Shown here in pieces: positions 17,419 to 26,273 of a DNA stretch of 51,040 nt. The position numbers and the translations under genes were made by a program. The notes beneath the pieces are model-generated. The model did not search any database. It was not told the DNA's origin and saw nothing but the letters and a program-made list of their open reading frames with translations. The stretch is taken from positions 1 to 51,040 of the IMG/VR virus record IMGVR_UViG_3300020410_000017; one strand, 5' to 3'. Numbering within the stretch: the stretch's first letter is position 1; each line of letters starts with the position of its first letter. This DNA comes from a virus (lineage: Duplodnaviria > Caudoviricetes).

Positions 17419-20201
17419 TGACTCACATATCGAATAGCACCATCCTCGTCGTCGGCGGTCAAATATTGACTACCGGCGATTTTGTTTTTAAGGCGCGTCA
17501 AGAGTCAGTTGATGATGTTATTGACGACTTTGGCCCGCCAATCATTAATTTTATTGCCCCTGTATATATTATGGAGGGCGAAGAAAGAGAAATAATTATG
17601 TCTGGAAACAGAACTTATAACCCGCTTGCGCTCGCTATTAGTGGTGCTGGCGTTACCGTCGAAGACGTTTATGTCGATAACGATGGTCAAATTACCGCTC
17701 GTGTAGAGGTTGCCCCTGGTGCCTCCGGTGGCGCTGGCGACATGCGTGATATTGTTATCACGACACTCCCTGGTCAAGCCGATTCTGACGGCAACTCCGT
17801 TGAGCAGACTGCGACCTTTAACAGTCAATTGCGAGTTTACTTTGGTGCCCCTGCCTTGGCTGGTATTACCTATGCCGATGCTGGAAGCAGCAACATCGTA
17901 AACCAAGGCGATACGGTAACTGCAACCCTTAATGGTGCAAAATTTTACGATCAGGACTGGGACGAGAACGAAGCAATGACTTCAACGCTTGGCACCCTCG
18001 CGGGCCAAGGCCTTACCCTTACCGGAATGACTGTTGATAGCCCCACTCAGGCCACTGCTACTTTTACTGTTGCGGCTGACGCTCAGCGATTGTCTCACTC
18101 AATCAAGGCAACGACTCACTCCGGTGACTCCAACGAGCTTGCCTCCAACTTGACCGTTTATTACAGCGCACCAACCATTGCTACTTTAACGCAGCAAAGC
18201 GGTGCAGATATGGCATCAATTGCTGCTGGCGAAACCAAAAGTTTGCGATTGTCCGGCAGCCGTCTTGAAGGCGTTGACGCCGCTAATCGCATTGAAGTCG
18301 GACAGGTTGACGCTGGCGGAAACTTTAACCCTAGCCCAACACAAGAAGATGGCAGTGGAAATGTTGTTCTCAGCAGCTTCGCGACCATTAGCAATGTTTC
18401 AGCAACCACTCCGGCTGGCACTGGCGCAAATCACACTGTTGATTTTGACTTGGCTATTGCCCAGGGCATCCCGAGCGATTTAGCGAACATTGGTTTTCGC
18501 ATTACTGCTCTTGATGCTGGCGGATCTCTTAGCACGGTCCTGTCTTTGGCAGAAGCTTTTAGTATTGATGCTGCCGAGCCTACCATCACCTCCATTTCTG
18601 TTGCGAATCGTCCTGCTGGCGATGACAGATCTATGTTTGAATTCATGCAGGAAGTGGTTACGATCACCGGTGCAAATTTTTATGGCAACCTGACCTCAAT
18701 CGAGCTGGCTGGCAACCCCACGGGAATCTCCCTTGGAAGCGCACAGAAAAACAGCGACACTGAAGTGCAAGTGCATGTGTCGATTGCCGACACTGCAAGC
18801 CTTGGCGTGCATAACTTTGTTGTGACCACCGAAGGCGGCACTGCAACAAGCGCAAATGCTGACGAGAAGCTTGAGATCATTTTACCTGCTCCTACGTTGT
18901 CCACAGACCCAGCCCAGAACAACTTGTTCTTGGATCGTCCTGCCTCGGGCACGCAACAGCATACGTTCACCATTGACGGCACGAACCTGATGAATATTTG
19001 GGACGCTGGAAACACTTCCGACGGCCTTCGCGCTACTGATGGCGACTTTGTGAACTATTATCAGACAGCGGATACCATGTCTGCGGCTTTGACCTCGGGC
19101 GGGAATCCTGCTTCTGGCCTTACCGGCTTTAGCCTGACCGCTACGAGCGCCACAAAGGCAACCGGTACTGTTACTGTTGCCCACAATGCTCCTCTGGGGT
19201 TGGTTGACCTGCAAGTAACGACTCGTTCTGGTGCTACTGCTGTTTTGGGCGGCGTGTTGGATATTATTCCTGCCGATCCTACTCTCGCAACTGTTGCTCC
19301 TGATCATGTTATGGAGGGCTCCGGCGACGTTGTTCTTACCCTTTCAGGTGCGAACTATCACCCTGCTGGCGATGGCGCAATTGCAGGCTCGACCCTGTTG
19401 GCCCCATGGGACCTCGGTTTTAACCAAGCAATGGACCCTCTGACGTTTACTGCGTTGCCGGTCGGAAACGACCCTGTGGTTGGTGATGCTCGCGGAATCC
19501 ATGTGAATAGATTTGCCAACGCAGTCGGTGGTGAGCTTGTTGATGCAAGCGTTGATGCTTCCGGCAGCTTTGAGATCGCGCTCATGCAAGCAGATCCAAA
19601 TGACATACCAGCCTATAATGCCAGAATGATTTCCTATCAGGCTAATGAAACTCCCGATAGCGCGTGGGGATCTTCCCTGACCGGCATCAAGGCCGATGAG
19701 TTTATTCTTGTTCGACCAAAAGACGGACTGGCCGCTGCCACGCACACTGACGACTTGACGGTTTCGGCGCTGGGCACTCCTAGCCCGACCACCGGCGGTT
19801 TGTCATTCTGGGTTATGACGGCCAATGAGGCTTATGTCGCCCAGCAAGAGACCGATGCTTACATGGGCAGCCTTTTTGCTCAGGGCCTCGGCGAGTATGT
19901 TGCTAACGGCGTTGCCAACGGAACGGGCATTTCTGGGCTCTCCCATGCATACATTTCTACGTATGTAAATTTTGTGCACGGATACACTCCAAACTATGGC
20001 GCTATTGTAAATGCAGATGTTCAGTCAACATCGGCTGCCATCTCTGCCATGGCTGCTAATGCAATCATCAGCATTCAAGCGCAGATCGATACTGGAAACT
20101 ACTCTGCGGGACAGGCAACTGCCCTTCAAGCAGTTCAGACATCCTTGCAGTCATCCATTGACGCTGCCGCAGCGTTAGATCTTGACTCTAATAACTGGTA
20201 A
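17418..20201 (+). CDS. Large virion protein with tandem IPT/TIG (Ig-like) repeats
   Basis: 927 aa; repeated P-T-I/L...L-x-G-x-N/K-F/L/Y modules (PTIAT, PTITSIS, PTLATVAP). Confidence 0.7.
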   Translation: MTHISNSTILVVGGQILTTGDFVFKARQESVDDVIDDFGPPIINFIAPVYIMEGEEREIIMSGNRTYNPLALAISGAGVTVEDVYVDNDGQITARVEVAPGASGGAGDMRDIVITTLPGQADSDGNSVEQTATFNSQLRVYFGAPALAGITYADAGSSNIVNQGDTVTATLNGAKFYDQDWDENEAMTSTLGTLAGQGLTLTGMTVDSPTQATATFTVAADAQRLSHSIKATTHSGDSNELASNLTVYYSAPTIATLTQQSGADMASIAAGETKSLRLSGSRLEGVDAANRIEVGQVDAGGNFNPSPTQEDGSGNVVLSSFATISNVSATTPAGTGANHTVDFDLAIAQGIPSDLANIGFRITALDAGGSLSTVLSLAEAFSIDAAEPTITSISVANRPAGDDRSMFEFMQEVVTITGANFYGNLTSIELAGNPTGISLGSAQKNSDTEVQVHVSIADTASLGVHNFVVTTEGGTATSANADEKLEIILPAPTLSTDPAQNNLFLDRPASGTQQHTFTIDGTNLMNIWDAGNTSDGLRATDGDFVNYYQTADTMSAALTSGGNPASGLTGFSLTATSATKATGTVTVAHNAPLGLVDLQVTTRSGATAVLGGVLDIIPADPTLATVAPDHVMEGSGDVVLTLSGANYHPAGDGAIAGSTLLAPWDLGFNQAMDPLTFTALPVGNDPVVGDARGIHVNRFANAVGGELVDASVDASGSFEIALMQADPNDIPAYNARMISYQANETPDSAWGSSLTGIKADEFILVRPKDGLAAATHTDDLTVSALGTPSPTTGGLSFWVMTANEAYVAQQETDAYMGSLFAQGLGEYVANGVANGTGISGLSHAYISTYVNFVHGYTPNYGAIVNADVQSTSAAISAMAANAIISIQAQIDTGNYSAGQATALQAVQTSLQSSIDAAAALDLDSNNW

Positions 20202-20208
20202 TATTTTA

Positions 20209-20325
20209 CCTCTCGCAAGTGCTCCTTCTTCGGAAGGGGCCTTGCCCTTATGAGGAGGTTGGGATATGCCGGTTTTCTCCCCTTTCCGGCAGTGGGGTTC
20301 GACTCCCTGCCCTTCTCTTTTTTTT
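20209..20325 (+). ncRNA. Structured RNA element: UUCG hairpin plus tRNA-like fold ending in a T-run
   Basis: GCTCCTTC-TTCG-GAAGGGGC (20221-20240); 7-bp GAGGAGG/CCTTCTC stem enclosing a GCCGG/CCGGC stem and a GGTTCGACTCC T-loop; T8 tail. Confidence 0.45.
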
Positions 20326-20388
20326 AGATCTATAAAAATGGCTCGCGATAACAGATCTATTTGTTTTTTAGGTGTTTGATCTGTTAAT

Positions 20389-20413
20389 TTACACCCTGAA
20401 ACAATGTCTATTT
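20389..20413 (+). promoter_or_regulatory. Candidate late promoter TTAC-N12-TGTCTATTT
   Basis: Matches 12537-12561 in both boxes and spacing. Confidence 0.4.
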
Positions 20414-20426
20414 GGAGGACACTAAT

Positions 20427-20885
20427 ATGGCTTTAGCAGCACATGAGATTATCTTGCGCACTTCTAGCGCAGGTTCTACCCCATTCGTCACCAATTACTC
20501 AACCGCCGAGGCGGCTGGCACTGATATGGCCGGAGCAAAAGATGTCACGCTGAGCAACAGCGCAGACATTCTTGACACAACCGCTTTTGATGACAGCACC
20601 TCTTTCCGAACCAAGCTTTCGGGCCTTAAAGACGCATCCATGTCTTTTAGTGCTAACTTTGAAGCAGGCACAGGCGACGGCTCTGTAAAGGATATTTTTG
20701 ACGCTCTTTCGGCAGGCGGAACTCGTCATTACTTTATCGGCCTCACTGGCGCGGGCGCTGCTACCGAGGCAGGCTTTGCAGCATCCGGCGTTATCGAGTC
20801 TGTAGAGATCACTGGCGCAGTGGACGGTCTAGTGGAGGCATCTATCTCGGTCCAGCTCTCCGGCGCACCTGAATTTTTAAGCTAA
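20427..20885 (+). CDS. Tail tube (major tail) protein, paralogue 1
   Basis: DILDTTAFDD..FRTKLSGLKDASMSF...VDGLVEASISVQLSG tail-tube pattern; GGAGG RBS. Confidence 0.78.
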   Translation: MALAAHEIILRTSSAGSTPFVTNYSTAEAAGTDMAGAKDVTLSNSADILDTTAFDDSTSFRTKLSGLKDASMSFSANFEAGTGDGSVKDIFDALSAGGTRHYFIGLTGAGAATEAGFAASGVIESVEITGAVDGLVEASISVQLSGAPEFLS

Positions 20886-20897
20886 TAGGAGGTCAGC

Positions 20898-21596
20898 ATG
20901 GCCGCTATTGCTGCACATTTATGCCGTCTTTATATGACGGGCACGTCTTCTCCTGCTACGTCTGGAGCTTTAAACGACCTGGGCGGTGGAACCTCTTGGC
21001 AAATTCCAAAATCGGGAAACCAGCAAATTCTAGATCCGTCACAGGCGCAATTGTTTGACGATGGGGCAACTACTGTTCCCCATACGACTATCGACCACCT
21101 TTTCGGGATTGTTAATTTCGATCCTGCTGAGGCGACCGTAGAGATTCAGAGCATTAAATACCTTCCAAAATACGAAGTGGGAACGGTTACGGATTTTTCC
21201 ATTAGCGTGTCCTCCGACATCCTTGACCGATCTACCATGGACGGCGGTGCTTTCAGAGATAAGATGAATGGACTGGTTGACCTGAGCGGCTCGCTGACAT
21301 TGCTTGAAACCCCTAATCAGGACTACAACACAACAGTGACTCCTCCTCCCGAACTGGGCGAAATCAAGCTTTTTGATTTGCTGTCAGACGGTACGCCGAA
21401 GGTGCTTGAGATTAAGTTTGATCCCGACTCCGACCAGGTCTTCAGGGCTTTTATCGTTATTGAAAGCTATGAAAATACGGGCTCTGTTGACGGACTTGTT
21501 GAAACCAGTATATCATTCCAGGGCGCTCCACAGAGCACAACCGAAACTGGAACAACTACTGGCTCCGCATACTCATTTGGAGATATCGGAAGCTGA
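20898..21596 (+). CDS. Tail tube-like protein, paralogue 2 with N-terminal insertion
   Basis: DILDRSTMD..FRDKMNGLVDLSGS...VDGLVETSISFQG aligns with paralogue 1. Confidence 0.72.
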   Translation: MAAIAAHLCRLYMTGTSSPATSGALNDLGGGTSWQIPKSGNQQILDPSQAQLFDDGATTVPHTTIDHLFGIVNFDPAEATVEIQSIKYLPKYEVGTVTDFSISVSSDILDRSTMDGGAFRDKMNGLVDLSGSLTLLETPNQDYNTTVTPPPELGEIKLFDLLSDGTPKVLEIKFDPDSDQVFRAFIVIESYENTGSVDGLVETSISFQGAPQSTTETGTTTGSAYSFGDIGS

Positions 21597-21608
21597 TAAG
21601 GGGACAAC

Positions 21609-21974
21609 ATGTCAGAAAACAACATCCGTAATTTAATCCGTACAGCAACTTTGGGAACTGGGGCCGAGCGAGCCTCAACTTTATTGCCAGTCAATGGCCA
21701 AGACGTTGAAATCCGTCAGCCCACCGTAGGGCAGCGCAGCAAGATTTTGACTGCCGCAGGCGGTGGCACCACCGGCGAAATCAAAGACTTCTCTAAGCTT
21801 CAAATCGCTGCCATTATGCACTGCTGCTACGTTCCAAATACGGAAGAACATATTTTCGAGAAGGCTGATGAGGCCACGCTTATGAACATGCCGTCCGGTG
21901 GATGGGTTGATGAGCTTGCGGCAGAAGCCGTTCGGTTGATGAATACCGAAGCGGAGCAAGACGCAAAAAACTAA
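21609..21974 (+). CDS. Tail assembly chaperone (gpG-like)
   Basis: Lies between tail tube and tape measure; ends at slippery A AAA AAC TAA. Confidence 0.8.
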   Translation: MSENNIRNLIRTATLGTGAERASTLLPVNGQDVEIRQPTVGQRSKILTAAGGGTTGEIKDFSKLQIAAIMHCCYVPNTEEHIFEKADEATLMNMPSGGWVDELAAEAVRLMNTEAEQDAKN

Positions 21975-22180
21975 AGCAAGACGGCGAGCGCCAATTTCTG
22001 TTTTTCTTAGCAGAAACACTGGGCACCACCGTCAATGACTTGGCCGAGCGTCTATCCGTTTCAGAATTTTTGGAGTGGCACGAATACTTCAAAATAAAGA
22101 ATGAGGCGGAAAAGAAGGCCATGGATAAAGCAAAAGCCAAAAACAATACGCGCTCTCCTCGTTCATTTAGGAGGCGCTAA
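21965..22180 (+). CDS. -1 frameshift extension of the tail chaperone (gpGT-like)
   Basis: -1 frame reads LKQDGERQFLFFLAETLGTTVNDLAERLSVSEFLEWHEYF...RRR*, stop overlapping the TMP ATG. Confidence 0.8.
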   Translation, partial: KKLKQDGERQFLFFLAETLGTTVNDLAERLSVSEFLEWHEYFKIKNEAEKKAMDKAKAKNNTRSPRSFRRR

Positions 22181-25100
22181 TGGCTGGTGACGCAGCAGGT
22201 CAAATCACAGCGTCGTTGACGCTTGATATTAAGGGTTTTACTGACGCCATAAAAAAGGCGCAAGATGCGCTGGATAAGCTTAATGGTCGCACTGGTGGCG
22301 GCGGTGGCGGCGGTGGCGGTGCATCAAAACCCAAGATACCTGGCACGGAAAAGAAAACCCTTAAAGCAATTAGGGAGACCATCAAAAACGTCAAAAGCCT
22401 GTCGGACCAAATTAAGGGCAACAAGGCTACGACTGAACAAGCTAAGCAGGCACTTGCTGGGTACGAAAAGTCTCTTGAACGCCTAGGCGCTACAGTAAAG
22501 AGAGACACCGAGGAATTCAGACAATTCAACAAGGGCATAGCCGCCGTCGGCGGCATGAAGTCGTTTATCAACGTATCAGATACCGCTTCGTCAAAAATGA
22601 GTAAGCTCACCAGTCAGGTTGAAAATGGCGGCAGTAAAATGTCCAATGTTTTTGCCGCAATGTCCACGGGCGGCTCGGGCGCAATGCGGGCCACTGTGAT
22701 GAGTTTTACGAACATCACCGAGGCCTTTCAGAAGGGCCTTATGGGCGGGCGGCAGTTCGCTATGTTCTTCATGGGCGACCTTAGTGATGCTATGATGATT
22801 GGTTCTTTCCACGCATCCGGCTTTGCCAAGGCCGCTGCGGTGGCGACAGGATCCACCAAGGCGCTTCTTATGGGCATGGCCAGGTGGGTAATTCCGGCCC
22901 AGGTAGCCATCACTGCGCTGATGGGCGTTCTTGGTTTGCTCGCCGCGAAGATGGGTTGGTTTGGCGCAAAAACCAAGGGTGCCAAGGAGGAGGTCGCCAA
23001 AGCGACTGCGGTATTTAAGCGTAGCGCAGATCAATTAACGGTCTTAGAGGCCGAGGTTTCAATGGTCGGCGTTGCTTTTTCAGGCTTCATAAAAAGAGCC
23101 AATGAGCTGGAAAAGATTGACATAAACAAAGCGCTAGACCCTATGCAGGCTCTCGCGAGCGCAGCGAATGAGCTAAGCCGAATAAAGCTTGGCAAGTTTG
23201 GTGTTCAAATTCTTCAGATTGCAAATTTTATCACCGAAGCCACGACTGAGGTGGAAAAACTTCGCCAGCGTGTCCTCGACCTTCAGGATGCTTTTGCGAT
23301 GGCCAGGGGCAGTGGTGAACTGCTGCAAGCACAAAAAGAGCTTTCAGGCTTACTCCAAGAGCGCTTGCAGCTTACCAATATGCTTGCGCTCACTGAGGCC
23401 CAGCAAATAGCGAAAAAAGCACTGTCCGAAGATTTGGATAAAAAAATAAACGCCGCAAGAGCGAGAAGAAATTCGCTTGCGAATCACGAGCTTGAACTTA
23501 TTGAAAAGATTAAGGACACCGGCGACAGGGTGGTGGCCCAGGAAAAGATACTTTTAAAAGGCCAGGAAGACAAGCTCAAGTTCGAGAAGGAAATCGCCAA
23601 AATTAAGGCGGAGAACGCAAAAAAAGACACCGCCAAAGACACCGAGAAAAAAGTTGACGAGGCAGCGCAGCAGATGGCAAAAGATTTCGTTGCTGCGACT
23701 CGCGAGTCCATTGCTACGGTCAAGGTTCTTGAAAAACGTATTGAAGAGCTTTACGCCCGCATCAAGGCTGCGCCAACCGCCCAGCAAGAGGGGCTCCTTG
23801 GCGCGCTAGGGGTGAAAAAAACAGAAAAGCAACTCGATGACTTAAACAAGAGCATCGAAAAACGCATAAGCAAAGCGGTCTTTATAGATCCAAAGCTGGC
23901 CCTTGAGCTTGAAGGCATGAAAAATGCCGCAGAACTTCAAAAACAAATGGCGCAAAACGCCGCACTCCAGGCTCGTGAGGCCGAGCGCGTGAAGGACGCC
24001 ATGCTGGTCGCTGCCGCTGCAACAAGAGTAGGTATAAGATTCGGCACCAGTAAAAAATCCCACAGTCAGGCCGCCGTCGCCATGACTCCCTCTCAGATTG
24101 CCGGAGCGAAAAAAGACATCGCTGGGCGCGAAAACATCGCCAGCTTTATGGCCCCCTTGGTCGGTGGCGCAGAAAATGTTTCGCGGATGTTTAAAAAAAT
24201 AGGCCGTGGATCCAGGGACATTGTCAAGTCCATGGGTGACTGGGGGGCCCAGGTTGACGGAACCGCAGAGTCACTCACGCGACTTGGGATGGCCGCAGTG
24301 ACGGCAGCCTCGGTGATGACGGCAACATTTGGACAGGCGGCCATGGGAGATTTTGGGAATTTCATGGCTGGCGCAGGCGGTGCCGCTGGCGCTGGGGTCG
24401 GCGTTGCTATGGGAGTAGATCCCGCAACCGGTCAGGCTGTCGGCGGCGCAATTGGCGGGTTTGCTGACATGCTATTAGGCAAAATGCAGATATCTACTGG
24501 CGGGATGAATGATGACGGCACGGCAGAGACCGTCGGTTTGATGCAAATAATTTCAGACACTTTTGAGCAAAATTTGCTTCCCGCAATAGAGGCCATGAAG
24601 CCATTCGCGTCGGTTTTGTTTTTTGTTGCATCAAGGATGTCCTCTCTTTTTGGAATGATGTTTGACGCTCTTGGTCCACTGATAGACGTATTGGCATCGC
24701 TATTTTTAGACCAACTAAGGCTGGCCATGGCATTCGTTGTTGCCTGGATACCCTTGTTTCAGATGGTTGGGGCCGTGTTTGAGGGATTAGGCCCAGTCAT
24801 AAAAGGATTGTCTCGCGCCCTGATTAATGTGGTGATGATCGTCGCCTTTATTCAGTTAATTATCTCCCAGTTTGTCAGCGCAGTCGTTGGCGGCATTGGC
24901 ACCCTTCTTACCTTCTTGGGGGCGCTTACAGGGGAGCAGGCCTGGGCGACAAAGGTCATGGAAGGCTTCAGCACTGTGGTAATTGACGTTGTTGATGGCC
25001 TGCACGCTTTTCTGTCAGGCATTGGCAACTTTCTGGTTTTTCTTGCCGGTGACAATCCGTTGCTGTCGGCGATGAAAGATCTGGGGAACGATCTCGTAAG

Positions 25101-25446
25101 CACCGCAGATGCATTCAGGGATGCTTTCACTGCCGACCTCGGAGAACTGGGCAAGGAAATTGAGAACGCCGCAGGAAATTATAGAACGCAAAACGATCAA
25201 ATGAAGGAAACAAACAAAGAAGCCTCAAAAGTCCTCAACGCGCCTAAAGGCTTCAAGGTCGAGAAGTATCGTTACGAGGCTATGAATCCCAATCAAACAA
25301 ACCCCTTCACTGGTGCTAGTCTCGACGGCCAGTCCGGCACCGTTATAAACATCGAGAATCTTTTTGTTGATAATTTTACCGATCTTGAACAAGAAATCAG
25401 CAAGCAAAACCAGACAGGCGGAGTCGGGCCGCTTGGGGGATTTTAA
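22180..25446 (+). CDS. Tape measure protein
   Basis: 1088 aa, helical, Ala/Lys-rich, with hydrophobic segments; follows the chaperone frameshift. Confidence 0.88.
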   Translation: MAGDAAGQITASLTLDIKGFTDAIKKAQDALDKLNGRTGGGGGGGGGASKPKIPGTEKKTLKAIRETIKNVKSLSDQIKGNKATTEQAKQALAGYEKSLERLGATVKRDTEEFRQFNKGIAAVGGMKSFINVSDTASSKMSKLTSQVENGGSKMSNVFAAMSTGGSGAMRATVMSFTNITEAFQKGLMGGRQFAMFFMGDLSDAMMIGSFHASGFAKAAAVATGSTKALLMGMARWVIPAQVAITALMGVLGLLAAKMGWFGAKTKGAKEEVAKATAVFKRSADQLTVLEAEVSMVGVAFSGFIKRANELEKIDINKALDPMQALASAANELSRIKLGKFGVQILQIANFITEATTEVEKLRQRVLDLQDAFAMARGSGELLQAQKELSGLLQERLQLTNMLALTEAQQIAKKALSEDLDKKINAARARRNSLANHELELIEKIKDTGDRVVAQEKILLKGQEDKLKFEKEIAKIKAENAKKDTAKDTEKKVDEAAQQMAKDFVAATRESIATVKVLEKRIEELYARIKAAPTAQQEGLLGALGVKKTEKQLDDLNKSIEKRISKAVFIDPKLALELEGMKNAAELQKQMAQNAALQAREAERVKDAMLVAAAATRVGIRFGTSKKSHSQAAVAMTPSQIAGAKKDIAGRENIASFMAPLVGGAENVSRMFKKIGRGSRDIVKSMGDWGAQVDGTAESLTRLGMAAVTAASVMTATFGQAAMGDFGNFMAGAGGAAGAGVGVAMGVDPATGQAVGGAIGGFADMLLGKMQISTGGMNDDGTAETVGLMQIISDTFEQNLLPAIEAMKPFASVLFFVASRMSSLFGMMFDALGPLIDVLASLFLDQLRLAMAFVVAWIPLFQMVGAVFEGLGPVIKGLSRALINVVMIVAFIQLIISQFVSAVVGGIGTLLTFLGALTGEQAWATKVMEGFSTVVIDVVDGLHAFLSGIGNFLVFLAGDNPLLSAMKDLGNDLVSTADAFRDAFTADLGELGKEIENAAGNYRTQNDQMKETNKEASKVLNAPKGFKVEKYRYEAMNPNQTNPFTGASLDGQSGTVINIENLFVDNFTDLEQEISKQNQTGGVGPLGGF

Positions 25447-26273
25447 TGGCTTTTTGCACCATCAACGGATTCAACATCCCCATCGAGGACCGTGCAGCGG
25501 GTTCGGATATCGACCTCATAGGCCGTCCTCAGCGCGGAATAACGGGCACCGGCGACGGGTCTTTTTTTACCAGCAAGCGCACGTTCAACCTCAAGACTCC
25601 GGTGGTGGAAAACGCTGACTTTTTAGCGTATCAAGGCTTGATCAACGGCGAAGGTCACGTCATACCGCTTCAGGAAAATCTTTACACTGCCGACGGGATC
25701 GGGCCCACAAGGGGCGGCGCTCTAGTCCCTACGTTTGTGGCCACCGCTAACAAATTTGATGGCGGCGATTATTATGTTGAGTATGGTGGCTTTTCTGTGT
25801 GGAGCGCGGAGCAGATAAACCATACTGCCGCAAGCGATTTTACGGTTTGCTGGGTAACTGAAAAATCTCCTTCTGGCCATCATATTCTTGCGATAACCGG
25901 CACCGGCGCAACGTCTGACCCTTCCGTGTCAAAGTATAAGGATGGCACCACGTCCACTGGCTCCGAGTTTAACAACGTCCAGCTTTCCGCTGACGGGCTC
26001 CTTATTTTTGCTGTAAGCGGCGCTGCTGAGTATAAAAAAATTCACGAAATTGTTTATCTGCCCTTTAAGCTCACCGCATCGCAAATGGAAACCATCACAA
26101 CCCGCACTAAACGCTTCAGTGCGTTGCCGTACATTGCGGTGTCAGGAGATATGGTTGGCGATGAAACAGTGACTTGCGCGGGCACGTCTGGTACATCGGA
26201 TTTTGTACCTTCAAGCTTTTCAGGCACATTCGGTGCCAACAACAGCCTTTCGTTTACCTTGCGGGAAAAATAG
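25446..26273 (+). CDS. Distal tail (Dit-like) protein, paralogue 1
   Basis: Directly after TMP; N-terminus similar to the next gene. Confidence 0.6.
   Translation: MAFCTINGFNIPIEDRAAGSDIDLIGRPQRGITGTGDGSFFTSKRTFNLKTPVVENADFLAYQGLINGEGHVIPLQENLYTADGIGPTRGGALVPTFVATANKFDGGDYYVEYGGFSVWSAEQINHTAASDFTVCWVTEKSPSGHHILAITGTGATSDPSVSKYKDGTTSTGSEFNNVQLSADGLLIFAVSGAAEYKKIHEIVYLPFKLTASQMETITTRTKRFSALPYIAVSGDMVGDETVTCAGTSGTSDFVPSSFSGTFGANNSLSFTLREK

Noticed and set aside
20252-20317. Canonical tRNA gene
   Set aside because: No D-arm, a 13-nt rather than 7-nt anticodon loop, an imperfect T-stem and no CCA; kept only as a tRNA-like element.
20325-20351. Sigma28-type promoter TAGA-N15-CGCGATAA
   Set aside because: Three mismatches to TAAA-N15-GCCGATAA and a single instance; too weak to call.
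22293-22320. Poly-Gly GGC/GGT microsatellite in the tape measure gene as a phase-variation tract
   Set aside because: In-frame triplet repeat with mixed codons; an ordinary flexible linker.
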